Shown here one piece after another: positions 20,048 through 30,016 of a stretch of 64,000 nt of DNA. The position numbers and the translations under genes were made by a program. Position 1 is the first letter of the stretch. Each line of letters begins with the position of its first letter. The stretch comes from Pseudobdellovibrionaceae bacterium (GTDB lineage Bacteria; Bdellovibrionota; Bdellovibrionia; Bdellovibrionales; Bdellovibrionaceae): assembly GCA_039810425.1 (NCBI GenBank), contig JBDHWW010000009.1:19446-83445 (forward strand), given 5' to 3'. The notes beneath the pieces are model-generated. The model was not told where the DNA came from. It saw nothing but the letters and a program-made list of their open reading frames with translations, and did not search any database.

Positions 20048-20797
20048 TCACTTAAGATCGTGAGCGATCGCTCTTAATTTCTGGTCAATCAACATAGTAC
20101 TGAGCGATGAGCTAATTAAAAGCCCGCCTTCCAGGAGAACTCTTCTTTCCTTCATACGCAGTGCAATTTTCTTTCTAATTTTATTCGAAATCGGCAAGAA
20201 GATCAGATTGGCAAAGCCAACGCCATAAATCGTCGCCACGAACGCAACGGCAATCCCCGCACCAAGCTTACTAGTGTCAGAAAGATTTCCCATGACGTGG
20301 ATCAAACCAAGAACCGCACCAAGAATTCCGATCGTCGGCGCAAAGCCGCCGGCATCACTCCAAATTTTTGCCGCGGACAACAGCTCATCTTCTTCGGCAT
20401 GCAATTTATTTTCGAAAATTTCTTTGGTCATCGCCGCGTCCGTGCCGTCAACGATCACTCGCAACATGTCTTTAATCAGGGGATCTGTCGCCTTAGGGAT
20501 TTTAGCTTCTAGCGCCATTAGATTTTCTTTACGAACCGTGCGCGCGTAATCGACCATCTCGTTGATTTTGTATTCAATATCACTCTCTTTTTCAGAGAAA
20601 GCCTCACCCGCCAAACGAAACCCGAGTTTGATATCTTTAGAGTTATTCGACACCATCACCGCGCCCAAAGTCCCCGCGATCACAATCATTGCAGCGGTTC
20701 CTTGCATCAAAGAACCGACCTGACCACCATCAAGCGCATTCGCCAGAAGTATCCCACCAACGCCAATAAGTAATCCAAACCACGTCGCTTTATCCAT
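20048..20797 (-). CDS. motA: Flagellar motor stator protein MotA
   Basis: GGFAPTIGILGAVLGLI and AVAFVATIYGV; adjacent to motB. Confidence 0.93.
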   Translation of the reverse strand: MDKATWFGLLIGVGGILLANALDGGQVGSLMQGTAAMIVIAGTLGAVMVSNNSKDIKLGFRLAGEAFSEKESDIEYKINEMVDYARTVRKENLMALEAKIPKATDPLIKDMLRVIVDGTDAAMTKEIFENKLHAEEDELLSAAKIWSDAGGFAPTIGILGAVLGLIHVMGNLSDTSKLGAGIAVAFVATIYGVGFANLIFLPISNKIRKKIALRMKERRVLLEGGLLISSSLSTMLIDQKLRAIAHDLK

Positions 20798-20886
20798 AAT
20801 CTCTATGGTGACATAGGGGCCCAGGAATGACACGATCGCAGCATTGTTCCTAGACTTTCTTAAGAGGTGAATTTACCTTGAGAAAT

Positions 20887-21459
20887 ATGGATTTGCTGTA
20901 CGAACTGGACAAAAGCCTTCTTTTACTTATCAACCGTCAATGGACGGCCCCATGGGCGGATGTTTTTTTCCCGGCAATTACGGATCTTCATAAAAATCCA
21001 ATCTTCGTGGTCGTCATCGTGCTGACTTTGCTTTCGTTCTTTCTTTGGAAGTATCGCAAGTACGGATTGATGTTTTTTGTCGGCCTTTTGCTGGCGCTTG
21101 GAACTTCAGATCTTGTTGGCAGCCGTGTTTTCAAGAAGAACGTCGCCCGCTCGCGCCCGGGTGATTACCTCAAAGAGATGGTGGTCGTTCGCTCGCCTTA
21201 CGGGGGTTACAGCTTTACCTCAAACCATGCGGCGAATATGTTTTGTTTAGCAAAGTATGTCGCGGAGTTTTTTCCTCAAAGCCGGGTAGTGATGTATAGT
21301 GCTGCGACTTTAATTTCCTACAGCCGTGTTTATAATGGCGTTCACTATCCATCCGACGTTGTTGGCGGCGGGATCCTGGGTTGGATCATGGGATGGATCT
21401 ATAGTATTCTGGGGAAGGACCTCTATAATCGCTGGAGAAAGAGAAGAGTGACGACATGA
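20887..21459 (+). CDS. PAP2-family membrane phosphatase
   Basis: K.....R.RP, SF.S.HA and SRVY.GVHYPSDV.GG motifs. Confidence 0.92.
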   Translation: MDLLYELDKSLLLLINRQWTAPWADVFFPAITDLHKNPIFVVVIVLTLLSFFLWKYRKYGLMFFVGLLLALGTSDLVGSRVFKKNVARSRPGDYLKEMVVVRSPYGGYSFTSNHAANMFCLAKYVAEFFPQSRVVMYSAATLISYSRVYNGVHYPSDVVGGGILGWIMGWIYSILGKDLYNRWRKRRVTT

Positions 21460-22448
21460 AAGTTCTAGTAACTGGTGCGAACGGGTTTTTAGGAAGCTGG
21501 CTCACGCGGGCCCTCGTCAAGCAAGGACACGAGGTCTATGCCTTAGTTCGCGCACAGAGTGACTTGTCAGAACTCAATGGCGTCTCTTGCAACTATGTCT
21601 ACGGCGACATTACGGACCTCGAGAGCTTGTATAAAACTTTCGGAGGCATGGATACTGTCTTCCATCTCGCGGGTTTGATTGCTTACAAAAAATCCCATCG
21701 CGCCAAAATGGAGAAGGTCAATGTTTTTGGTACTGAAAACGTGGTTGACGCTTGCCTTACAAAAGGCGTTCGCCGCTTGGTTTTTCTTTCCTCAGTGGTC
21801 GCTGTGGGTGCCGGCTATAGTCGGAGCCAAATTCTCAATGAGGAATCCGAATACAATGTTGGCAAACTAGATCTTGGCTATTTTGAGACCAAACGTAAAG
21901 CTGAAAAGATTGTTCTCGAGGCCCATAAGAACAAAGGTCTTGATTGCGTGATCTTAAACCCGAGCACAATCTATGGTGAGGGCGACGCTAAAAAAAGCAG
22001 CCGGAAGACACAGCTGAAAGTCGCGCAAGGACGCTTCAAGTTTTACACCTCGGGTGGGGTCAGCATCGTCGCCATTGAAGATGCTGTCGACGCCATCATT
22101 TCTGCTTGGAAAAACGGCCGCAGTGGAGAACGGTATATTATTTCCGGGGAGAATGTCACAATCGAAGAGTTGTTCCGCATGATCGCGGAAGAAGCCGGCG
22201 TGCCCGTACCCAACACCAAAGTTCCCACTGCGGTCATTTTTGCACTGGGTAAAATCGGTGATGCCATGGAATCCATCGGCCTAAAAGGCTCGCTCAGCAC
22301 TGAGAATGCCTGGACGGCAACATTGTTTCACTGGTTTGACAACAGTAAAGCAAAAAAGGAGCTGGGCTTTAATCCGCGACCAGCTCGCGAAGCTATTCGA
22401 AATAGTGTAAAGTGGATGAGAGATAATGGATTGCTGAGCCATCAATGA
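21456..22448 (+). CDS. NAD-dependent epimerase/dehydratase (extended SDR, dihydroflavonol-reductase-like)
   Basis: TGANGFLG, VFHLAG, YFETK (YxxxK). Confidence 0.9.
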   Translation: MKVLVTGANGFLGSWLTRALVKQGHEVYALVRAQSDLSELNGVSCNYVYGDITDLESLYKTFGGMDTVFHLAGLIAYKKSHRAKMEKVNVFGTENVVDACLTKGVRRLVFLSSVVAVGAGYSRSQILNEESEYNVGKLDLGYFETKRKAEKIVLEAHKNKGLDCVILNPSTIYGEGDAKKSSRKTQLKVAQGRFKFYTSGGVSIVAIEDAVDAIISAWKNGRSGERYIISGENVTIEELFRMIAEEAGVPVPNTKVPTAVIFALGKIGDAMESIGLKGSLSTENAWTATLFHWFDNSKAKKELGFNPRPAREAIRNSVKWMRDNGLLSHQ

Positions 22449-23323
22449 CGAAACTAATTAAAATCATAGGTATCGTTCTTTCAGCCGTGATAGTCGGTGC
22501 GGGCTCTTTTGCCGCCTATATTTATTCACACATCCCTAGCGAGCACCAAATCAAAGGTTGTATCGTGACGACGATGTATCAGGTGAATTTATGCCCGGGC
22601 TCGAAAGACTATGTTCCATTAAAACAAATCTCACCGCTTTTGCAAAAGACAGTGATTTTGACCGAAGACTCTTCGTTCTACGAACACAATGGTTTTGACT
22701 GGAAATCCATCGAAGAAAATGCCCGGAAAAACTATGAAAAGGGCACCTACGCGAAGGGTGGCTCGACAATCTCCCAGCAGCTCACAAAAAACATGTTTCT
22801 CTATAAAGACAAGACACTGCTCCGTAAAGGATTAGAACTTGTGATTACAATGAAGATCGAAAAAACTCTCAGCAAAAAAGAAATTCTGGAGCGCTATCTG
22901 AATGTGGTTGAGTTCGGTAAAGACATCTATGGCGTGAAGAATGCGGCGCAGTTTTACTTTAAGAAAACTCCGGCACAGCTGGATGTGGTTGAATCTGCTT
23001 TCTTGGCGATGATCCTTCCGAATCCCGTGAAGTACTCGCAGTCCTACTTCCGCAAAGAGCTGACCCCTTTTGCTCATAAGCGCATTAAGCAAATCGTCAC
23101 TGATATGTACCAATACACTCGTATTACCGAAGATGAATACAATGCGGCCATGTACAAAGTTGATAGCTTCTTCTCGCCGGATGATTCATCTATGGACGCT
23201 TACCTGCAAGAAATTGAAAACTCGGGCCAGAATGTGGATAAAAGTGCCGGTCCACACACGACGGATACGCCGACCCTCGACGAACTTGAAAATCTGGGCT
23301 CTGAAGAAGATTCTGCTTTCTAA
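22445..23323 (+). CDS. mtgA: Monofunctional peptidoglycan transglycosylase (GT51)
   Basis: EDSSFYEHNG, GGSTISQQLTKN, RK..E, KKEILERYLN; no transpeptidase domain; acidic tail. Confidence 0.88.
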   Translation: MTKLIKIIGIVLSAVIVGAGSFAAYIYSHIPSEHQIKGCIVTTMYQVNLCPGSKDYVPLKQISPLLQKTVILTEDSSFYEHNGFDWKSIEENARKNYEKGTYAKGGSTISQQLTKNMFLYKDKTLLRKGLELVITMKIEKTLSKKEILERYLNVVEFGKDIYGVKNAAQFYFKKTPAQLDVVESAFLAMILPNPVKYSQSYFRKELTPFAHKRIKQIVTDMYQYTRITEDEYNAAMYKVDSFFSPDDSSMDAYLQEIENSGQNVDKSAGPHTTDTPTLDELENLGSEEDSAF

Positions 23324-23325
23324 AT

Positions 23326-24117
23326 TTACTTAAGAAGCTTTCCGCGAATGCGGTAAATCGCGATATTCATCGCGAATACTCCCGCCAGCAACAACACAAG
23401 AGTGTGAATACCGACGGCCATTGTAAATCCGTCCTGCAAAAGACCACGCACGGCTTGAACCGCATGAGTCAACGGAAAGGCATAGGCCAAGTACTTCAAT
23501 CCGCTGGGCAATTGATCAATCGGAAAGTAAGTCCCGCTAAAGAGCGACATCGGCACGATAAAGCCCGACGTCGAATAGATAAAAGAATCATAGTTGCGCG
23601 CATATGACGTCATAATCATTGCCAGAGACGCAAACAACCAGCAAAGCAACAACAAGATCGCCAATGCCGGCAGGATTCTCCATGAGTCGATCAAACCAAA
23701 GAACGAAGCCACGAAGGCAACACCGCAAACACTGAAGTAACCTTTTGTCCCCGCCCAAAGCAGCTCCCCAAGCGCAATCTCTTCAGGCCCGATACGAGTA
23801 AGCATAATCGTCGCGTATGTTCTTTGATGAGTCAGCTTCGTGAAGCCACCATACGTGCCTTCAAAGAACGCGACCATCATTCCCGTTGAACAAAGCAAGC
23901 CCGGGAAGAAGAAATCAATATACGAATGCCCGCCGATATTTGCGACGAATGTTCCCAAACCAAAACCGATCGCGCCCAAGTACATCAATGGCTCGAGCAC
24001 CACCCAAAACAATGATACCGTCCAGGTTTTACGGAAATAGAGGAAATTACGAGACCAAACCCGCAAAAAACCACTATTCATTTTTGGCGTACGAATCATG
24101 TCGACGAACTTCATCAC
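23326..24117 (-). CDS. ABC-2 transporter permease (NodJ-like)
   Basis: EPLMYLGAIGFGLG, PM.LFSG.YFP and PLTHAV; about six TM helices. Confidence 0.88.
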   Translation of the reverse strand: MMKFVDMIRTPKMNSGFLRVWSRNFLYFRKTWTVSLFWVVLEPLMYLGAIGFGLGTFVANIGGHSYIDFFFPGLLCSTGMMVAFFEGTYGGFTKLTHQRTYATIMLTRIGPEEIALGELLWAGTKGYFSVCGVAFVASFFGLIDSWRILPALAILLLLCWLFASLAMIMTSYARNYDSFIYSTSGFIVPMSLFSGTYFPIDQLPSGLKYLAYAFPLTHAVQAVRGLLQDGFTMAVGIHTLVLLLAGVFAMNIAIYRIRGKLLK

Positions 24118-25040
24118 TCGTCCCTCAATTGATGACCGGCAAGCTTCAAGAACACGTCATTCAACGTCGGCTTACGGATAAGAATTTTATCACTGGCAAT
24201 CAGTTCAATGGCCTTACGGCCGTCTTGAGTTGGGTTAATCAAAATCATCACAGTGTCCTGGATGACTTGATAACTGTATCCGCCCTCTTTGAGGCGGCCG
24301 ACGTAGTAGTTTAAATCTACGGGGTTTGTCTCGAATTCAACGACTTCGATGCCGATGTGCTCAAGAATCAAATCCGTCGGAGAGCCAACCGCCAGAATTC
24401 TCCCGTGATCCATGATGGCAACACGGTCACAAAGGCGCTCGGCCTCTTCCATATAGTGAGTGGTTAAAATCACGGTCGCCTTTTCGGCTTTCAAATGTTT
24501 AATGAAATCCCAGATCCATAAGCGTGCTTGCGGGTCTAAACCCGTCGTAGGCTCGTCGAGGAACAGCAACTCAGGGCTATTCATCAACCCGCGGGCAATC
24601 GCCAGGCGGCGCTTCATGCCACCGCTCAGAGTATCGACAGAGCGATCCGCATATTCTTCAAGACGCATTTCGCGCAATAGCGCTTGCGCCTTCTCAGCAG
24701 CTGTGCGCGCAGAGATCTCATGATAGCTTGCATAGACGAGCAAGTTTTCCAGAACGCTAAAGTCTGGATCCAAGCCATCGTCTTGCGGAATCACACCGAT
24801 ACGATTTTTAATTTCACGGAAATTTTTCTTAACATTCAAACCGAGGACATATAGTTCGCCGCTCGTAACCAGGGCGCTGCAATACATCATCTTCATGGTC
24901 GTGGATTTGCCGGCTCCGTTGGGACCCAGCAAACCAAAGCATTCACCTTTAGGAATCTCTAGATTGATGCCGTTGACGACAAAGTTCTCGTCATACTTCT
25001 TTTTGAGATCTTTGAGTTCAACGGCAATCTTTTGGCTCAT
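24114..25040 (-). CDS. ABC transporter ATP-binding protein (NodI-like)
   Basis: GECFGLLGPNGAGKST, LSGGMKRRL, LDEPTTGLDPQAR. Confidence 0.92.
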   Translation of the reverse strand: MSQKIAVELKDLKKKYDENFVVNGINLEIPKGECFGLLGPNGAGKSTTMKMMYCSALVTSGELYVLGLNVKKNFREIKNRIGVIPQDDGLDPDFSVLENLLVYASYHEISARTAAEKAQALLREMRLEEYADRSVDTLSGGMKRRLAIARGLMNSPELLFLDEPTTGLDPQARLWIWDFIKHLKAEKATVILTTHYMEEAERLCDRVAIMDHGRILAVGSPTDLILEHIGIEVVEFETNPVDLNYYVGRLKEGGYSYQVIQDTVMILINPTQDGRKAIELIASDKILIRKPTLNDVFLKLAGHQLRDE

Positions 25041-25048
25041 TACCTAAA

Positions 25049-26863
25049 TTATTCTTTCGCTGCTCTCGCACGAGCGTTAGGGCTCAGCTCGCGGCAACGC
25101 AAACGAATATTTTTCGGCGTTACTTCGATGAGCTCGGAGTCTTTAATCCACTCCATCGCCATTTCCAATGTCATAGGACGAACAGGAACGAGACGGATAG
25201 CTTCATCAGAACCCGACGCACGTACGTTGGTCAACTTTTTCTCACGAGTGATGTTCACTTCGAGGTCATTTTCCTTCGCATGCTCACCGACGATCATGCC
25301 CTCATACACATCTTGGCCATGTGTTACATACATAATACCGCGCTCTTGAAGATTCCAAATCGCGTAGGCAGTCGCTTGGCCCTTGCGGTCCGAGATCATC
25401 GCGCCATTCATCCGATGATCAATTTCGCCTTTGAAAGCATCCCAGCCATCAAACTGAGTATTCAATAAGCCGGTACCACGAGTATCCGTCAGGAAGGTAG
25501 AACGATAACCGATCAAACCACGTGACGGAATACGAAATTCCAAACGGGTGCGACCAGAACCTTTCTGAACCATGTTCATCATTACACCTTTACGCTTACC
25601 CAACTTTTCAGTCACGGCACCAACAAACTGATCTTCGATGTCGATAACCGCGATCTCCATTGGCTCCATTTTTTGACCGTTTTCCGTCTTCATAACGACG
25701 GTTGGTTTTGATACCAGCAATTCGAAGTTTTCACGGCGCATTTGCTCGATCAAAACGCCCAACTGCAATTCACCACGGCCGATTACTTTGAAGGCATCGG
25801 TGTTGTCAGTTTTTTCTACGCGAATCGCAACGTTGTACAAAAGTTCTCTTTCGAGACGCTCAAGGATCTTGCGGGAAGTAACGCTCTTACCTTCCATACC
25901 CGCGAACGGTCCGTTGTTCACCGAGAACACCATACCGACGGTTGGCTCTTCAACGCGAATACGCGGAAGTGGACGCGGATCGACCGCCGACGTGATGGTA
26001 TCACCGATCGTGAAGTCTTCCATACCCGCAATAACCGCGATGTCACCGGCACCGATTTCTTGTGCTGGCACTTGTGAGTTCACTTTGTATTGGAACAGGG
26101 CGGATACTTTCACCTTCTTTTCGACATTCGCTTGAACGCAAAGAACTTCGTCGCCCACCTTGATGCTGCCAGCGCGCATACGGCCAATCGCCAAACGCCC
26201 AACGTAGTCATTGTAAGAGATATTGGACACCATCACTTGGAGTGGATGATTTTCTTCGATCTTTGGTGGTGGGACCAGGTTTACGATTGCATCGTAAAGA
26301 ACTTCCAATGAACCCGTATTCACTTTAGGGTCTAGCGTCGCCATGCCTTCACGCGCGATCGCGTAAACTGTGTGGAAATCGCATTGTTCTTCAGTTGCAT
26401 CAAGGTCGATGAACAAATCGAAAAGTTCATTGTGAACTTCTTGAATACGCGCATCGGAACGGTCGATCTTATTGATACAAACGATCACTTTAAGATTTTG
26501 CTCAAGAGCCTTTTTCAATACAAAACGCGTTTGCGGCAGCGGGCCTTCAGAGGCATCGCAAAGAAGAATACAACCATCAACCATGTTGAGGATGCGTTCT
26601 ACTTCACCGCCGAAGTCACTATGCCCCGGCGTATCGACGATGTTCACTTTGATATCTTTGTAGACAAAAGAAGCATTCTTCGCCGCGATCGTGATACCAC
26701 GTTCTTTTTCAAGATCCATAGAATCCATCAAGCGTTCCTCAACGTGTTCGTTATCACGGAAAGTACCGGCTTGCTTAATCAAGTGGTCCACAAGCGTCGT
26801 TTTACCGTGATCGACGTGCGCAATAATGGCGATATTTCTAATTTTCTTTGGATCCTGAATCAT
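25049..26863 (-). CDS. typA: Translational GTPase TypA/BipA
   Basis: [46 protein letters not shown]. Confidence 0.97.
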   Translation of the reverse strand: MIQDPKKIRNIAIIAHVDHGKTTLVDHLIKQAGTFRDNEHVEERLMDSMDLEKERGITIAAKNASFVYKDIKVNIVDTPGHSDFGGEVERILNMVDGCILLCDASEGPLPQTRFVLKKALEQNLKVIVCINKIDRSDARIQEVHNELFDLFIDLDATEEQCDFHTVYAIAREGMATLDPKVNTGSLEVLYDAIVNLVPPPKIEENHPLQVMVSNISYNDYVGRLAIGRMRAGSIKVGDEVLCVQANVEKKVKVSALFQYKVNSQVPAQEIGAGDIAVIAGMEDFTIGDTITSAVDPRPLPRIRVEEPTVGMVFSVNNGPFAGMEGKSVTSRKILERLERELLYNVAIRVEKTDNTDAFKVIGRGELQLGVLIEQMRRENFELLVSKPTVVMKTENGQKMEPMEIAVIDIEDQFVGAVTEKLGKRKGVMMNMVQKGSGRTRLEFRIPSRGLIGYRSTFLTDTRGTGLLNTQFDGWDAFKGEIDHRMNGAMISDRKGQATAYAIWNLQERGIMYVTHGQDVYEGMIVGEHAKENDLEVNITREKKLTNVRASGSDEAIRLVPVRPMTLEMAMEWIKDSELIEVTPKNIRLRCRELSPNARARAAKE

Positions 26864-26874
26864 CTGTTTTCCTT

Positions 26875-27891
26875 TTATCCGTGTCCGCCCATAAGAAATT
26901 CCTCATGGCTCGTATCTTCTTGTTCAATTGTACCAATGCTTTTAAAAAATTCCGTCGCTAGATCCATGAGTTCGTCATGGGATTTTGTTTGGAATAAATT
27001 TTTTCGAAATTGGGAAGCGCCAGGATACCCTGTCGAGAACCAAGCTGCAAACTTTCGCAGCTGAATTCCGGTGATATGCTCATCACATTGCGCCACAATA
27101 GCCTCTCGCAGGTCTAGGAAGAGGCCCAGATAGTCTCGCGAGAACTCTTGAGACATCTCTTCGCCTCTCCAAAGGCTCAAGGCATCCATAAAAATGTGTG
27201 GATTTTTTAAGCAACCGCGACCAATCAATACGCCATCGCAGCCCGATTCTTTCACACGTTGAACCGCTTGCTTAGGAGTGAGAATGTCGCCGTTGCCTAA
27301 GATCGGCAGCTTTGCTTTTGATTTTACCTCTGCGATGTAGTCCCAGTCTGCCCAACCCGAATAAGATTGCGCGCGTGTACGGCCGTGAATCGCAACCCAA
27401 GTAATGCCTTCATTGTAGGCGATATTGCAGACATCGTGAGCGTTCAAGGAGTTCGCATCCCAGCCGGTTCTGATTTTGATTGTCACTGGAATTTTAACAG
27501 CATTCACTGTCGACCGAAGAACTTTCTCCAATAGAGGCAAATCACGAAGCATTCCAGAACCCGCACCCTTTTTAACAACTTTCGGCACAGGGCAACCAAA
27601 GTTAAGGTCAACGAAATCCGCGCCCATCTCTTCGGCAACTTGGGCACCTTTTGCAATTGTCTCAGGATCTTCGCCGAAGAGCTGAATGCCGATCGGTCGT
27701 TGAACAGTATCGAAGCTCATTAGTTTAAGAGTTCGTTCGCTTTTGTATTCAATACCTGTCGCGCTCACCAGTTCGGTGACAACGACACTTGCCCCACGTT
27801 TTTTCATGAACGTGCGGAAAGCGTGGTCGGTGATACCCGCCATCGGTGCTAGCACAAAAGGATTCTGCTTTAAGGCTTCAATTGGATGCAT
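26875..27891 (-). CDS. dusB: tRNA-dihydrouridine synthase (DusB-like)
   Basis: LAPMAG.TD, DLNFGCP, KIRTGWD, HGRTR, NGDI. Confidence 0.9.
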   Translation of the reverse strand: MHPIEALKQNPFVLAPMAGITDHAFRTFMKKRGASVVVTELVSATGIEYKSERTLKLMSFDTVQRPIGIQLFGEDPETIAKGAQVAEEMGADFVDLNFGCPVPKVVKKGAGSGMLRDLPLLEKVLRSTVNAVKIPVTIKIRTGWDANSLNAHDVCNIAYNEGITWVAIHGRTRAQSYSGWADWDYIAEVKSKAKLPILGNGDILTPKQAVQRVKESGCDGVLIGRGCLKNPHIFMDALSLWRGEEMSQEFSRDYLGLFLDLREAIVAQCDEHITGIQLRKFAAWFSTGYPGASQFRKNLFQTKSHDELMDLATEFFKSIGTIEQEDTSHEEFLMGGHG

Positions 27892-28034
27892 GCGAAGGCA
27901 CAGGGTATAGCAAAAAGGCCGCCGTTGGCATAGGGGAATTCTGTTAAGTTATTATTTTATTTGAACTTTTTACTGTGGGATGAGTTTGTTTAATGGCTCA
28001 AATTCGATATAGTGGTTTTAAGCAAATTAAAAAG

Positions 28035-28073
28035 CAAAGACCGGAGGGACGCTTGAAACCACTCCGGTCTTTG
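28035..28073 (-). terminator. Intrinsic terminator of the 28113-28598 gene
   Basis: 12-bp stem CAAAGACCGGAG...CTCCGGTCTTTG, followed on the minus strand by CTTTTT. Confidence 0.7.
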
Positions 28074-28112
28074 TTGCCATTCATTCTTTAACTTAAGAAG
28101 CGGACTCGTAGA

Positions 28113-28598
28113 TTACTGAGCAAGTTCGATATGCATTCTGTTGAGGCCCAAGTTAACGCCAAGACCGCGTGCGAATTGCAAAGAAACTTGGATTGCCAAT
28201 TGTGGCAAGCCCACTTTAGTAGCTGCGATCACGCCAACGCCACCAGCAACCGCCGCTTGACCTTGAGCTACATAGTAAGTGCCCAAGACGTCTTCAGGTT
28301 GCATGTTCAGCAAAGAAAACTCAACTGCCTGACCAAAAAGTTTCATATAACCGAAAGAAACTTGTGGAGACAATGGCGCTGCTTCCATAGTTACTGTTAC
28401 CGGGTAGTCAGCAACTTGGCCGGTTGGAGTCGCGCAAAGAAGGTTGCCTTTGCCAGAGAACTTGTACTGGCCAACAAAAACTTTAAGGCCCTTAGCGGCG
28501 CCGCTGAAGTTCAAAGAGCAGGCCCAAGCAGGAGCCGTGAAGGCGTGAGCTGAAGATGCACCCAAAACCATCGCAATTGCCAAGATCATTTTTTTCAT
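28113..28598 (-). CDS. Secreted Gly-rich beta protein, DUF992-like
   Basis: Signal peptide ending AHA; two Cys; GTY...G.AA..GG.G and G..VNLG...M.I patterns recall DUF992; SD AAGGAG. Confidence 0.6.
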   Translation of the reverse strand: MKKMILAIAMVLGASSAHAFTAPAWACSLNFSGAAKGLKVFVGQYKFSGKGNLLCATPTGQVADYPVTVTMEAAPLSPQVSFGYMKLFGQAVEFSLLNMQPEDVLGTYYVAQGQAAVAGGVGVIAATKVGLPQLAIQVSLQFARGLGVNLGLNRMHIELAQ

Positions 28599-28701
28599 TT
28601 TATTTCTCCTTACCGATTTCTATCGGTGGTTGTCGTTTTTAATTTTCCCGCGTCGGGAACAGAAAGAGAAATAGGACAGGTGCTTTTAAAAGTCTAGAGG
28701 G

Positions 28702-28756
28702 GTATCGGGACATCTCGTCCCGACTTTAAAAATCGGGACATTCTGTTCCGATTTTT
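28702..28756 (-). promoter_or_regulatory. sigma28 (FliA)-type promoter embedded in a tandem palindrome
   Basis: Minus strand TAAA-N15-CCCGATAC (28702-28728); TCGGGAC-N5-GT(C/T)CCGA occurs twice, 28 bp apart. Confidence 0.6.
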
Positions 28757-28888
28757 AACCTTTTTATGGACTGAATGCTAAATGAACGTAAGAAACTCTC
28801 AGTTTTTCTATTCTTTATCATCGTCAAATAATCCAGAAAGCAAAGGGAACCCACAGACACGCTGGGAGCGTAGGCCCAAGCGCATAAT

Positions 28889-29488
28889 TTACTCCAGCCA
28901 AGTGACTCGGCCTTCAAGCTGGCGTGGCGCTTTGGGAGGTTGGTGATCGGGATAGCCAACAACGATCCCGCAAAGAAGTTCGAGTTCGCCCTTTTGATAC
29001 TCAGGCAACTGATCGACACCGAGGAACTTATCCACTTCTTCTTTAATTTCGAGCGGCGCCCCCATCGTGCAGCAGCCAAGACCTTCAACAAAGCACGCGA
29101 GGTTCAAGTTTTCCACAGCCATATATACACTGCCAATACTCGTGTGATAGCGTTCTTCATTGTCATTGTGGGAGTATGCAAAAATCAAAACCGGCGCCTC
29201 ACCGAGGGTAAAGAAGAATCTTTCAGTGAAATCATAGAGCGAAGGCTTCAAACGTTTTTGCAAAACATCTTTGATACCAAGCCACGACTTCTGGGAGTAC
29301 TGCATGTACTCGTCGCGCTTTGCTCCTTGAACGATGAAGAAGCGCCAGTTTTGGCGATTCTTCCCGGAAGGCGCTTCCATCGCCGCGGCGAGAAGGCGAT
29401 CCAGGAGCTCTTTCGGAACCGGATCTTTTTTGAACTTACGAATCGAGCGGCGGGCTTTTAATAAATTGTAGAAATCTTCTTTATTCAT
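28889..29488 (-). CDS. Nitroreductase-family protein
   Basis: RRSIRKF, APSGKNRQNWRF, GLGCC, VGYP; start at ATG 29488 or 29497. Confidence 0.9.
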   Translation of the reverse strand: MNKEDFYNLLKARRSIRKFKKDPVPKELLDRLLAAAMEAPSGKNRQNWRFFIVQGAKRDEYMQYSQKSWLGIKDVLQKRLKPSLYDFTERFFFTLGEAPVLIFAYSHNDNEERYHTSIGSVYMAVENLNLACFVEGLGCCTMGAPLEIKEEVDKFLGVDQLPEYQKGELELLCGIVVGYPDHQPPKAPRQLEGRVTWLE

Positions 29489-29525
29489 CGTGTTCATTCT
29501 AACAAACTTGTGGCAGACTTCACCT

Positions 29526-30014
29526 ATGGAATCTAAAAAATCTTCGCTCCCTGCTGAAAGTCTCCTTATAGGTTGTCTGTTGCTTTTGGCCCTGCTTGTC
29601 ACAGCCGTGGCAATTACTCCGAACTGGCGCCAGGGAGTACGGGATTTCTTTCTTCCAGAGCAACGCCTGATCTTAGCGAAAGTTTCTGGAGATCTGACTG
29701 GCCATGGTCTTTATGTCACGGTTCTGAAAATTCAAATGCGCGACACGCTTGTGCTCGAAGTCTACAATGTCGAAAAGCCTGAAGAAAGCCTGCTCATGGC
29801 GAGAATTGTTTTGCCGGAAAAACGTGATGCGTACTTTCAGTTAAAGGGAAATGCGACCAATTTGGGTCTTGCGGATGTCGACAATGACGGCACTCTTGAG
29901 ATTATCGCTCCAGCGTTTGATGAGCAGATGATCGCACGACTGAATATCTATAAATATAACCCAGCAACACATGGCTTTGATCGCTTGAATGCCCCCTTGG
30001 TTCCTGAGCTCTAG
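29526..30014 (+). CDS. Hypothetical membrane-anchored protein with a DxDxDG loop
   Basis: N-terminal TM helix; ADVDNDGTLEII is an FG-GAP-like Ca-binding loop. Confidence 0.7.
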   Translation: MESKKSSLPAESLLIGCLLLLALLVTAVAITPNWRQGVRDFFLPEQRLILAKVSGDLTGHGLYVTVLKIQMRDTLVLEVYNVEKPEESLLMARIVLPEKRDAYFQLKGNATNLGLADVDNDGTLEIIAPAFDEQMIARLNIYKYNPATHGFDRLNAPLVPEL

Positions 30015-30016
30015 TT

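Noticed and set aside
19295..20797. Stand-alone motAB as a novel ion-driven system (for example Zorya-like)
   Set aside because: MotA is normal length with no long tail, MotB is canonical, and there are no defence genes nearby; extra motAB pairs are known in Bdellovibrio.
28704..28756. Mini CRISPR array or IS end
   Set aside because: Only two adjacent units with no unique spacers, and no cas or transposase gene nearby.
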